A DNA stretch of 64,000 nt. It comes from Octopus vulgaris (lineage: Eukaryota). Position numbers and translations under genes: made by a program. The notes beneath the pieces are model-generated. The model ran no database searches, was not told the DNA's origin, and saw nothing but the letters and a program-made list of their open reading frames with translations. Below, piece by piece: positions 1 through 11,734 of the stretch (within the stretch, counting starts at the first letter, position 1; the number at the start of each line of letters is the position of its first letter). The stretch is from contig OX597815.1 in NCBI GenBank assembly GCA_951406725.2, positions 186,682,001 to 186,746,000 on the forward strand, in the 5' to 3' direction.

Positions 1-155
1 GTCCCCGTCACTTAGCGGTTCGGCAAAATAGACCGATAGAATAAGTACTGGGCTTACAAAGAATAAGTCCCGGGGTCGATTTGCTCGACTAAAGGCGGTG
101 CTCCAGCATGGCCTCAGTCAAATGACTGAAACAAGTAAAAGAGTAAAAGAAAGAG
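1..155 (+). mobile_element. SINE family B, 3' part (cut by window edge)
   Basis: Matches the 3' half of full copies (e.g. 29688-30040): ggcggtgctccagcatggcc...tgactgaaacaagtaaaagagtaaaaga tail. Confidence 0.9.
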
Positions 156-329
156 TAATGCATTTTGTCCGCCACTCTTCTAACTCTGCCAACCATCGCT
201 TCCTACAAATTTGGGGAAAGCAGTATACGGTTATTCATAATCTGTAGGTATTAACCTCTTAAATTATAACCCGTATACAAACGTATATTCAGAAATGGTT
301 TTATTAGTAGAGAGTAAATGTTTTATATA

Positions 330-717
330 CTCTTTTACTCTTTTACTTGTTTTAGTCATTTGACAGTGGCCATGCTGGAGCACCGCCTTTAGTCGAGCAA
401 ATTGACTCCAGGACTTATTCTTTGGAAGCCTAGTACTTATTCTATCGGTCTCTTTTGCCGAACCACTAAGTTACGGGGATGTAAACACACCAGCATCGGT
501 TGTAAATCGATGTTGGGGGACAAACACACACATACATATATATATACATATATAACACGGGCTTCTTTCAGTTTCTGTTTTCCAAATCCACTCACAAGGC
601 TTTGGTCGGCCCGAGGCTATAGTAGAAGACACCTGGCCAAGGTGCCACGCAGTGGGACTGAACTCGGAACCAAGTGATTGGTAAGCAAGCTACTTATCAC
701 ACAGCCACTCCTACGCC
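330..717 (-). mobile_element. SINE family B, full length (tRNA-like head, CORE-like segment, internal microsatellite)
   Basis: Reverse complement reads ggcgtaggagtggctgtgtgataag (A box-like), gagttcagtccc (B box-like), CORE-like gcaccttggccaggtgtcttc, internal (TA/TG)n and the family tail. About ten homologous copies in the window. Confidence 0.9.
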
Positions 718-1621
718 TATACGTGGAAAATGAGACTGGAAAACATGTATAAAATGAATTGTCATAAAACAGAATAAACAGGAGATTGTTATACATTTAC
801 CAGTTTTAATAATGGCATATTTTAACCACAGAAAGCTTAAATTGAAATTGAATAATGGTGGCTTATTTTAAGTATTCAATGTGTACATAGAAAATATTCA
901 ATGGCTGATAAAAATTGTATATATGTTATAGAATTGTAGATAAAACTTTTACACCAAGCTTAAAAAATATTGGAACTGAGTGACGTAAACACATTCCACT
1001 GTAAATGAACGTCTTTGTGAAATATAACTTATTCATTGTAAACAGCTTAGGATAAATAAAAATTGAATTTTTTAACGAAATCTGACACGTCAATAGTCTC
1101 ATATTCTACGACCAATGTTTATCTGGCTCTATATATTCCTCACCCATCCTTTCCTTCTTTGTAGGTCTTTCGATTCTCTTTTTTTCCCCTCTCATCCATT
1201 GTCTTTCTATCAATTTTACTCTAACTTTTCTCTCTCCCTCGCTAGCTCATTATTTATTTATCTATATTATATGGGTTTTTTTCAATCAGAACAGAGTTTC
1301 GGATAAAGCATATATCAAATACATCCAAATATATAAAATAATAGGAGTAATGTTGTTTAACAGCAGAAATGAAAGGATTGAGACGTGTTTGTGTTTCGGT
1401 TCTGTTTTTTTCTTCTTTATTCTATCAAACAAATGCAAAGACTTCTCACAAAAATCAATATGAACATATGGCAAATATTAAAATCAATGTCATTACCAAT
1501 GTAAAATCTCAGTCACATAAAAATGCTGGATGTATAATACTTGTTTTGATTGGCTTTTTGGAGGTTTTGTTGTTTGTTTTCTGTTGTGTCCTTTTTTTTT
1601 TTTTTTGCTCTTATTCTTAAG

Positions 1622-1881
1622 AAAAAAATTGATACTGCAGAAAAATTACTCTGTTGCTATAGAAACCGAGAGGGTGATAGACTGTTTCTTACGAATAGTA
1701 ATATCCTTCATAAAATAACAGCGAAAAATTTATTTTACCAATCGGCATCGATGTTTAATGCGATGCTCGACTCTGTACATAACAGGACGATGTTGACTTA
1801 TGTTCCCTGGGAAATGACACCAGCATCAGAAAAAAGTTACTATGATGTTTTTGACATCCATAGTATGGAGATAACGAATGG
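1622..1881 (+). CDS. Candidate internal coding exon of an unidentified gene (KKIDTAEKLLCCYRNREG...YYDVFDIHSMEITN)
   Basis: Long poly-T tract with AG at 1620-1621, 86 open codons of non-repetitive sequence in AT-rich DNA, and GG|GTAAAC donor at 1882 just before the in-frame stop. No protein family recognised. Confidence 0.4.
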
Positions 1882-2044
1882 GTAAACAAAAATAAAGCCA
1901 TCATTGGAGAGACAAAAAAATATCAACATTAATTACGAAATTGCAGTCTATAACAGAGAAGACGGACATTTGTTTAAATTAAAACCACATTTATGTTGTA
2001 ATTTTAATATTATCTTTCTGTGATAATCTTTCTTACGATAATCT

Positions 2045-2310
2045 CTGAGTAGTTTCGGTTATTAGACTGTGGTCATGCAGGGGCACCATCTTGAAAATTT
2101 TAGTCGAAGGAATCGCACCCCAGTACATTTTTGCCTAAATCCTGGTACTTATTCTATTGAACTCGTTTGCTGAACCGCTAAGTTACGGAAACGTGAAAAC
2201 ACCAGCACTGGTTGTCAAGCGGCAGTGGGGGACAAACACAGACACACTCATAGATATATAATACTCGCACACACATATGATGAGGTTTTGTTTCAGTTTC
2301 CGCCTACCAA
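2045..2310 (-). mobile_element. Degenerate SINE family B
   Basis: Diverged match to the family B body (gaaccgctaagttacgg, caccagcactggttgtcaagc, cagtttccgcctaccaa). Confidence 0.75.
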
Positions 2311-3069
2311 ATTACGGAAGTTTGTTTTTATTTTACTGATAAATGCATTATTAGTTCCGACGGAATGTTATTCATTGATATGCAAACATCTCGAAGAAAC
2401 TTAATTTTCGTTTTCATTAACCATCAAATATCGGTTGAAATTTTGGCACCAGGCTATCAATTACATCGACCCCAGTATTCTATCGACCACGAAAAAATGA
2501 CAGGAATTTGAACACAGAACCTAAAGACGGACGAAATGCTGCTAAGCATTTTTTCCGGCGTGCTCATGATTGTGCCAGCTTGATGCTTTATTAACCATCA
2601 AATATTGATTGTAATTTCTGAAATTTATTAAGAGAAAAATTCTTACTTCATTCGTTCGTACCACCTTATACAATTAATAGAAATTAAATTACTCAAGAAA
2701 TATTATTGTTAGGAAAATATGTTATCTTAATTTTCGCAGGAAAACTAGTTTAGGAAATAATGATATTCAATTCTTAAATGGAAACAAAACCACCGATGGT
2801 GCGGAGGAGTACAGCTGATCAAATCGACACAGTTAGTTATTGGCACATATCTTATTCACCTCAAAAAAGTGAATATGTCAAAACAAGTTGACGTAAAGAA
2901 ATATGGAATACCATGTCTCTGATACGTTACCGACACTGAACTAAAAGCAGTTATTTAATTATAATTATTCTTCATTTGCATATTTTCTTTGGGTCATATT
3001 TTGTAAAATATTGAAATTAATAAAATATTTAATGCTACTCATTCTTTTTAAATTGAAACAGAGAGAAAA

Positions 3070-3360
3070 GTAGCTCCACGCTCTTAACCACTGGTGGTTG
3101 AGAGCGCGGGCTACTAACCCTAAGATTCCGAGTTTGATTCTAGGCCGTGACCTGGACGACGACGACGGACGACGGACGACGGACGACGACGACGACGACT
3201 GTCTTAGGAATGAGAACCCAAGTTCGAAATTTCCCCAAGACACCTGATGAAGGTTAGAGGGCATATCAGTCAAAATGTTGTGTTAACAACAAACAAGATG
3301 AGGACAAATATCCGTCAAGTGTAAATAATGTACATAACTCCTCATCTCTTAAATATAGAG
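3070..3360 (+). mobile_element. tRNA-headed SINE with hammerhead-containing tail (family H)
   Basis: Head gtggttgagagcgcgggctactaaccctaagattccgagtttgattc, (GAC)n spacer, and a tail shared with 27600-27940. The head is preceded by an inverted copy of itself (3070-3112). Confidence 0.75.
3239..3284 (+). ncRNA. Decayed minimal type-I hammerhead ribozyme
   Basis: GACAC-CTGATGA-A-GGTTA..CAGTC-AAAATGTT-GTGTT. Stem I pairs GACAC/GTGTT. GAAACGTT has decayed to AAAATGTT (CpG-type changes). Confidence 0.65.
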
Positions 3361-4142
3361 CCAATACCGCAAGTTATGCAATAACTCTACCAATTTACTG
3401 TCTTAGTGACATACTGGGAATCATTTTAATTGACTATAATCCAAACTAGTAAATTTATGACTCTGCGCCAAGGCAAGAAATTAATATTGTCTCTGATGAA
3501 GTACATTGGATGCCAGAATCATCAAAATCCGGAGAAAGTTCTTTGTTGTATTTGGTTACTTTCGTTTAGTTTTGTTTCCAATTCAAACAACGCTGGGGGG
3601 TCGAATTCGCCGTTTCTCCCTTCGCTGTCAATACAATAAGTACTTCTGAAGTTCTGTAGTAGAGGTAATTGACTGTATTGCTCTCTGAACCGTTTGGATT
3701 TCTGCCAATTTTATAAAGAAATCTTCCCTGTTAGTGATTTATTCAGGATGTAGCAAACGAAAAAGAAAAAACAATAAATCTGACATGCTAGCAAATAAAG
3801 TATTTCTATGAAGCTATGAATTGTATATAAAAACATTGACCAATGCGGCTTAAGTGTTTTATATTGATGTGGTGGATATTTTTCTTAAGTCGCAAACAGC
3901 TTTCTTTTATTCTTAGCAAGATTCTCGTAAATCTTTATTAGGATATTATGAAAGATACTTTTAAAATATTAGACATTTCTGTGAATCAAACAAAGAGTTA
4001 ATTCAGTATACTATGAATACATTTATATTTATTCATTACATTAATTTAGGATTCAATTTTCGTTTTAAAATTTTATCTCATGCTTTAATTTAAGATTTCA
4101 ATTTTGATCATTATTGCATGTTTAATAAATATCATGTGACAA

Positions 4143-4925
4143 AGCGACGAGCTGCCAGAAATGTTAGGATGCCGGGCGAAATGCTTAGCGGTGTTTCGTC
4201 CGCCGCTACGTTCTGAGTTCAAAGTCCGCCGAGGTCGACTTTGCCTTTAATTCTTTCGGGATCGATAAATTAAGTACCTATTTTTTTACTACCCACAAGG
4301 GGCTAAACACAGAGAGGACAAACAAGGACAGACAAGCGGAATAAGTCGTAACTGGTACTTAATTTATCGACCCCGAAAGGATGAAAGGCAAAGTCGACCT
4401 CGGCGGAATTTGAACTCAGAACGTAATGGCAGACGAAATACAGCTACGCATTTCGCCAGACGTGCTAACGATTCTGCCAGCTCGCCGCCTTAAATTAAGT
4501 ACCAGTTACGCACTGGAGTCGATGTAATCGACTTAATCCGTTTGTCTGTCCTTGTTTGTCTTCTCTGTGTTTAGCCCCTTGTGGGTAGTAAAGAAATAGG
4601 TATTTCGTCTGCTGTTACGTCCTGAGTTCAAATTCCGCCGAGGTCGACTTTGCTTTTCATCCTTTCGAGGTCGATTAAATAAGTACCAGTTACGCACTGG
4701 GTTCGATATAATCGACTTAATCCGTTTGTCTGTCCTTGTTTCTCCGCTCTGTGTTTAACCCCTTGTGAGCAGTAAAGAAATAGGTATTTCGTCTGTCTTC
4801 ACGTTCTGTGTTTAAATTGCCTTTCAGTGTCGATAAATTAATATCCATTTGCGTACTGCGGTCGATCTAATCGACTGCCCCATCCCCTAAAATTTCGGGC
4901 CTTGAGCCTAGAGTACAAAAGAATA
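4143..4925. mobile_element. SINE family A cluster: + strand multimer interrupted by an antisense family A2 copy (4279-4490)
   Basis: Head at 4143. The antisense insert is flanked by a 13-bp TSD taaattaagtacc (4266-4278/4491-4503). Two A2 tails are each followed by ggtatttcgtc, and the cluster ends in an A1 tail. Confidence 0.9.
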
Positions 4926-5151
4926 AATATCATGTGACGCTTAATATTTTTCAAGTCTTTTGTGCCGTTTAATTATTATTTATTTTCATTTTCAATACAT
5001 CAGACAACTATTTGCAATTGGACTGCACTTAATATCATTATTCGAACTGAGTTCTACTTCATACTTTTAGAAGTTTAATTCTATTCTTATACTTATGTAT
5101 GTCATGACTGTACAATATTATTTCATTTACTTGGCACTGGATTATGTTATA

Positions 5152-5480
5152 CATAAGGTGGTTCGGTCATGCGGCCTGGCGTCTAGAGGGTGAGCTGATT
5201 CACGATGTCCTCTTCCCACCTCTACTTCCCAACTGGCGCAAACGCACGGGCGGACAGCTAAAGACCGGGGCAACGACGATAAAGGAGGACCTCTCCGAAC
5301 TCTCAGGTCCGCAGGTGGTCGGTCTGCGCAGATGGAACCGCGAATGGCTCGCTATCTCCAGTGACCTCGCACGGGACCGTCGAGCGTGGGCCGCCGTGGT
5401 TCGTGATGCCGTTAGAACCAGAGAAGTAGCCGGCTCAATCTGCCCTGGGTGAATGCCGTCACAAGTACAAGTAAGTAAGA
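5152..5480 (+). mobile_element. RTE-clade LINE, 3' fragment
   Basis: Translates as RWFGHAA...WRKRTGGQLKT..TIKEDL...DLARDRRAWAAVVRD (RTE ORF C-terminus). Tail acaagtacaagtaagtaag. 11-bp TSD attatgttata (5141-5151/5481-5491). Confidence 0.88.
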
Positions 5481-6249
5481 ATTATGTTATAAGAAGGAAA
5501 GATTTTCTGTACATTTTGTGGTAAACTTCATACACCCATATGATATGAATTATTTAAAGTATTTCACCCTCCAGGAAAACGTCAGTAATAAATGTCACTC
5601 AACCACATGACTTAACTGCAAAACTAGTATAATTCATGGTCTACATGGTTAACTACTATAAAATCTTCATTGTATTTGTATGCATATGTGTGTGTGTGTG
5701 TCACTTTTTCTGTACCTGCACAGATATATTTGTGAGTGTCTACAATATCCGTATAAACACGTGATGTTTTTTACTATTATATTGTACATAAAATTGTCTG
5801 GCATTTCTAGTATAAAAGTTTTCTATCATAAAACATTTTCCATTCCGTAATTTAGGAAACTCTGCATGAATGGTGAAGCAGCTGCAAATTGATCTCCTAA
5901 CGTTCTACTGTGTAAAGTGAAATCCCATTTTAATGCACATAACAATATATGAATCACAGAGAAAACACTTGACATGAAATGTTGTTTGTGATTTTGACAC
6001 AGTTTCTCTATCCTTTCAAATTCGAACTTATATAAAATAACTGAATCAGAACAGCTGTTTTATGGTTTGCACTTTTCCAATTACTGATCGCACTGCCATC
6101 ATATTTAACACCTGCATTGCAGGTAAACTTTTTAAGTGCAGTTTTTGACTGGGGAATGAGTTTCATTTTTGAAAGCTATTTTTCGAATACTAATAAATAG
6201 CTCGAAATTCGGTTTACTCTGTGCAAATGATAGGAATAGGTTCTGATCA

Positions 6250-6619
6250 TCTCTATATATATAAACGGCAAAATGTCTGTCTGTGTGTGTGTGTCCTTTA
6301 TACAAATCCACAATTTATCAGTTAGAGGGCTCGCACTTTCTATGGTCATTCAAAACCGTCCAAGGGTGGTCGTGCACATCTTTACATTTCCCCAGTTACC
6401 CCGCAAAGCCAATAAAAAATCAATAGAAGTGACATTTTTGTGAATTTTCTATCCAAAACCCAATCAAAATACCCGAAACTTGATACACCAATTGAATGCC
6501 AGCTAGCTGTATGTGATTGGTCGGAGATTTGGACATTACTCGCGTGTATGTACGCACGCACGCAGCTGTATATGCATGCACTAGCACTATGGCCCGGCAA
6601 CGCCGGGTCATAGTGCTAG
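6250..6619 (+). mobile_element. Non-autonomous Helitron
   Basis: Starts TC(tctatatatataaac), has a subterminal hairpin ggcccggcaacgccgggtc, ends CTAG, and lies between A and T with no TSD. Confidence 0.8.
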
Positions 6620-7331
6620 TTATATCTAATATGTATTTATCGTTTTCTTTTTGGAGAATTAACTTAAGTAAACTTATAAAATCTAACATCGATACTGACT
6701 TAAAAAGGTAAGATCACAAATTAAATATAGTCACAGTTGTAGCGACCCGAATACCTTATTGTTTCATGTGCTATCGCGTTGTTGATCCGGAAGGATACAA
6801 CTGGCGTCCGATTCTGTCGAAACTTTAACTGAAAACCCGAATGCGTTTTAAATATGACAACGCGTTTTCCAAACGCTCAACTAATTCTGCCACTCATGAT
6901 AAAATGTATTAGAAGTCCTTAGATTAACTCTTGCCAACTGTGTAAGACTCATCGAAAAATATGTTCGTATAGGAATATGTAAAATGTTGACATTCTTCGA
7001 AATAACAATCTACATTTTACTTTCGTCGATATCATATTAATTAGTTATCCTATTTTTTTAAAATATGTGTCCCTCTCAATATACACATGCACAGACAGAC
7101 CACAAACACAGACACAGACAAATTGGTATATGTGTGTATAAATTTATATATGGCGAAACTAGTCGAGTCGTTCCAAACTTTGTTCACTAGCAACAGCCTT
7201 TTCACTTAAGAACGGAGAAATAATTGTATTTAAGCGTAAGCATGCAAACTATATTTTACACCGTTATCCCAAAACATGATGTTTTTTTTAGACATATACA
7301 CATATACACACGCATACATGTGTGTGTGTGC

Positions 7332-7416
7332 GTGTGGTGCGCGCGTGCGTGTGGTGCGCGCGTGCGTGTGGTGCGCGCGTGCGTGTGGTGCGCGCGTGCG
7401 TGTGGTGCGCGCGTGC
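7332..7416. repeat. Minisatellite (GTGTGGTGCGCGCGTGC)x5
   Basis: Five exact 17-bp units inside a (TG)n tract. Confidence 0.95.
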
Positions 7417-8134
7417 GTGCGTGTGTGTGTGGTGGGGTGTATTCATAGACAGATAGATTATTTAGTTATCGATCTTAACCAAAAGTTTGAACTTCGAAAT
7501 CACTGAAATTAAAATCACATTGCCTGAATAACTTAACGATTACTTTTTAAACGGTTCTGGTTTTAATGAAAGAAATAATTCGAAAAATAAATTATTATAT
7601 ACCATCAATTACATAGAATGTATAATAATTTACAATGCTATTAGTATTTTGCAAAGATATTTATTAGATATTTTTAATAATAAATATATATACTTCAAGA
7701 GGAAATATTCAACCGATTTTTAAAATTTATCGAAAATCGTGTACATCAAAGTGTGAATACGATATGTTAGAATGCATTTCAAGCTTTCAGAATTCAATAA
7801 ATTTTTTTTAACATTTCATGATATACAATCAATATCCAATATGTCGCATAAAAGAGAGAAAGTTTTAAATCAGGTAGCACTGACAGTTTTATTCTTTTAT
7901 CCTTTTATTTTTTTTACTTGTTTCAGTCATTTGACTGCGGCCATTGTGGATCACCGCCTTCAGTCGATCCCAGGACTTATTCTTTATAAGCCTAGTACTT
8001 ATTCTTTTTTGACGAATCGCTCATTTATGGGGACGTAAACAACCCAAATATCGGTTATAAAGCGATGTTGTGGGGACTAACTCAGACACACAAACATTCA
8101 CACACACACATACACACACACACACATACATATA

Positions 8135-8529
8135 TCTTTATATATAAAAGTGAGGTTGTGTGCTGTCTGTCTCCTACGATTTAGATTCCTAACTACTCCT
8201 ACATTTTGCGGTGCAGTTTAACCAAAACCGGGTATCATATAGTCGTGATTCATATCAACCCCTTCTGGATATTAGCGCGCGTCTACGATGAGTCTGCGAT
8301 TTTTTAAAAAATTACCATCAATTTTTCCCATTTTTAAATCATTTTTGGCATATATAAGGGAAGTAACTCTCTAAAAATTTATTATTAAATCTCAGAACGT
8401 AAAAAGCTACAGTAACACCTCCCCCTTTGTGGTTAGCCATATTGAGATGGCTATTATACTTTACATCTCTAAAAATGTTTATATAGTTATTTCCCTTACA
8501 AACCCGAGCAACGCCGGGCGATACTGCTA

Positions 8530-8530
<1 letters not shown>
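8135..8530 (+). mobile_element. Non-autonomous Helitron
   Basis: A|TCtttatatataaaag start and 3' end cccgagcaacgccgggcgatactgCTAG|T. Confidence 0.8.
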
Positions 8531-8596
<66 letters not shown>

Positions 8597-8599
<3 letters not shown>

Positions 8600-8904
8600 G
8601 GTAAGACAACAAAAGAATGAAAGAGACCTCGATATAATGTAAACAGAGGAATTTATCTGTAAATATAATATGTGACAATTATTCAGTAGCCATGATAAAA
8701 CTTCGAGTTTCGAATGTCGGGGCGGAAACCCGCGCCGCCATCTTTTCAGTTATCGGGCCATCGAAGACATGCTATTCTGCAAGATTTTTCATAACATATT
8801 TTCGATGGCCCAATAACTGAAGAGATGGCGGCGTGGGTTTCCGCCCCGACATCCGAAAGTCGGAGTTTTATCATGGCTACCGAATAATTGTCACATATAT
8901 TTAC

Positions 8905-8909
<5 letters not shown>
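8597..8909. mobile_element. Inverted duplication (about 120-bp arms) of a hammerhead-bearing, Penelope pLTR-like module
   Basis: Arms 8654-8775 and 8791-8909 are near reverse complements. Each contains a hammerhead core. Flanked by (GA)n and (TA)n. Confidence 0.75.
8813..8871 (+). ncRNA. Type-I hammerhead ribozyme motif (mirror copy on - strand at about 8694-8754)
   Basis: ATAA-CTGAAGA-GATG(gcgg..ccgc)CATC-C-GAAA-gTCgGAG-TT-TTAT. The minus copy has GATAA/TTATC stem I, core CTGAAAA and GAAACTcgaAGTT. Confidence 0.6.
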
Positions 8910-8946
<37 letters not shown>

Positions 8947-10030
8947 GAAGGGTTTCCTTCAGTTTCCGTCTACCAAAGCCACTCAAAAGGCTTTGGTCGG
9001 CCCAAGGCCATAGTAGAAGATGCTTGCCCAAGGTGTCACGCAGTGGGACTGAACCTGGAACCATGTGGTTGGTAAGCAAGCTACTTACCGCACAGCCACT
9101 CCTGCGCTTATAATTTTCCATAATTTTCCATAATTTTCTATGAATATTCTTCTACGACTTCGGTACCAAAGAACAATATATAAATCATTGAACCCCAATG
9201 GCCACTGCTAATAATGTCGAGAGAAATGCAAGAATATCGTCAGTGCAACCTAAGTTCTTGAATGAGAACCACTTCTAAGACAACATAATACTATTGAAGT
9301 TGTCACGGCCATTGTGTGAGATCTGAGCAAACAGGCTGCGACGTATAAAGCATTTCGCAAATAGAAATGGAAAGAAACATCAAATGAACGTTCTGAACTA
9401 CATTCTAATTCCAATGCATAGAATTTATCTATGCAAAAATCAAACAAATTCTTTACGTGATCCTTAAACTTTTCCTGACGTAACTCAAGAAGTTACACAG
9501 CAAACGCACAACACATACACGATCATTAATTAAATATCTCTGGATAATAAACGACAATTTCCCTGCAAGTCGAAATATCTTACATTTACAGTTAACACTA
9601 AGGAAATATAAAGTTAGCATACTGCAGTAGTTTTTCCCAATGGTCAGTAAGAAGCCAAGTGAACATTCAAAACGAAGCAGAACTCTGTATATTGAGCTTT
9701 ATGGACTAATATACGGCATTTGATGAATTGCCAATTATTCTGCAAGATACATCGAGATGAATATTGGTCGTGATGTATTATTCATTTATTGATTATATTT
9801 CAAGAATACCAGATGATTGCAGACAAATCCAGAAATACGTTCTCCAGTGAGAAAATAACAGATATGCAAATTAGAAACAGTCATAAATGCATTCATCAAG
9901 GAGTGTGCGTACTACTTGCATGTATGTGTTTATGTATTTATCTATTATCAATATACTTCTCTGTTTATCTTTCTATATATTATGTATGTATGTGCCTGTG
10001 TGTGTTATGTATGTCTCTCCCTTTCTCTTG

Positions 10031-10071
<41 letters not shown>

Positions 10072-10254
10072 CACACACACATATATATATACATATATAT
10101 ATGCATGTATATATATATATGTGTATATATATATACACGTATATATATACATTCATACATATATAGATACATACATATATATGTATGTATGTATGAATGT
10201 ACGTATATATATATACATATATATATATACATTCAGACATATATATATATATAT

Positions 10255-10321
<67 letters not shown>

Positions 10322-10322
10322 C

Positions 10323-10355
<33 letters not shown>

Positions 10356-10390
10356 TGTATGTATGTATGTATGTATGTATGTATGTATCT
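10031..10390. repeat. Compound microsatellite (CT)n(TA)n(CA)n(TATG)n
   Basis: Direct reading; it is the source of the spurious YIYI ORFs. Confidence 0.95.
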
Positions 10391-11225
10391 ATTATGTATG
10401 AGGGTGTACGTGTGTATAAAATTATGCGCGTGTGTTTGTGTATATACGAAGATAACCAGTAAACATACTTTGCATTTTATAGGAATTTTATCGATATTAT
10501 ATGGGTGTGCCTGCTCAGCTTAGCGGAAAATCAATTGTACAACAATCATGATACCCTACTTAAGAACACTATTGAGCAGAAACGAATTGGTGGTGTTTTA
10601 CATGTAGAAAGACATGATCATGCGCAGACACACACGCTTGTACATGGGAGCAGTTGTGGGCATATGTGTGTGTCTGCGTGTACGGTAGAGCCCTAACAAA
10701 TACTGTTTTGCATGTAAAACGATTAAATTTTATTAAATCTTAAGGTTTTATTTCATTAAAAAAACCTAGTGATTCTTATTTATCAATATAGAACACTTCA
10801 TAGTTCATTTATAACAGCTAGATTATATTTCAGTCTGTGATATTGCGTATTGGTATATAACTTCTAATAATATCGCTAAATATGGTTTTTCTGTCTATGC
10901 ATAAATTTAAGCAAGATTACATTATTGTATTTTATGTCATATCACATCTGGTAGAGGCAATAAATATTTCTTTTTTCTGACTGCAGCGTTTAAATTGAAA
11001 ATATATGAATTCCATAGGCGCAGATACACCGGGAATTTATATAAACTATGTTTTGTAATTAATTCACAAACAAACCTTGCTACGGTCTCATTTAATAATC
11101 TTTCATTTCGTATATATATTTTTCGTTCAGTGTTTCCTAGACTAAAATTTGGCGTATGGTTATCAGATCACAAAAATATCATGATGTGTAGATGCTGGGA
11201 TGAGAGTTCATTTTTTTTTTTTTCA

Positions 11226-11510
11226 ATTAAATAAGTACCAATTACGCACTGGGGTCGATATAATCGACTTAATCCCTTTGTCTGTCCTTGTTCGTCCCCT
11301 CTGTGTTTAGCCCCTTGTGGGTAGTAAAGAAATAGAAATAGGTATTTCGTCTGTCTTTAAATTCTCAGTTCAAATTCCGCCGAGGTCGACTTTGCCTTTC
11401 ATTCTTTCGGGGTCGATAAATGAAGTACCAGTTGTGTACTGAGACCGATCTAATCGACTGGCCCCTTCTCCCAAAATTTCTGGCCTTGTCTATAGAGTAG
11501 AAACGAATAT
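11226..11510 (+). mobile_element. SINE family A dimer (truncated A2 unit + A1-tailed unit)
   Basis: A2 tail ...aaagaaatagaaata followed by ggtatttcgtc at 11341, then core and A1 tail. Confidence 0.88.
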
Positions 11511-11531
11511 AAATTAAATGTTTTCGAAATA

Positions 11532-11734
11532 CTGTAATCTCTCGACTATCGCGGGTATTACGTTCCAAAACCTCCCGCGATAGGTGAAAATCCGCGAAGT
11601 AGAAACATTACTGTTCTGTATATTCTTTTTATTTTTATAATTTGTATATAACTATTTTATTATAAATGCAAAACAACACCACGCTTAAATAATGAACCGC
11701 GATAGGTGATCCGCGATATCGCGAGGGATTACTG
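11532..11734. mobile_element. Tc1/mariner-pogo (Tigger-like) MITE
   Basis: Imperfect TIRs ctgtaatctctcgactatcgcgg / ccgcgatatcgcgagggattactg. TA on the left, CA on the right (decayed TA TSD). Confidence 0.7.

Larger units (their letters stand above)
7891..9108 (-). mobile_element. SINE family B split by nested insertions
   Basis: 3' half at 7891-8130 and 5' half at 8945-9108. The inserts lie in the SINE's internal CA/TA microsatellite. Confidence 0.85.
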
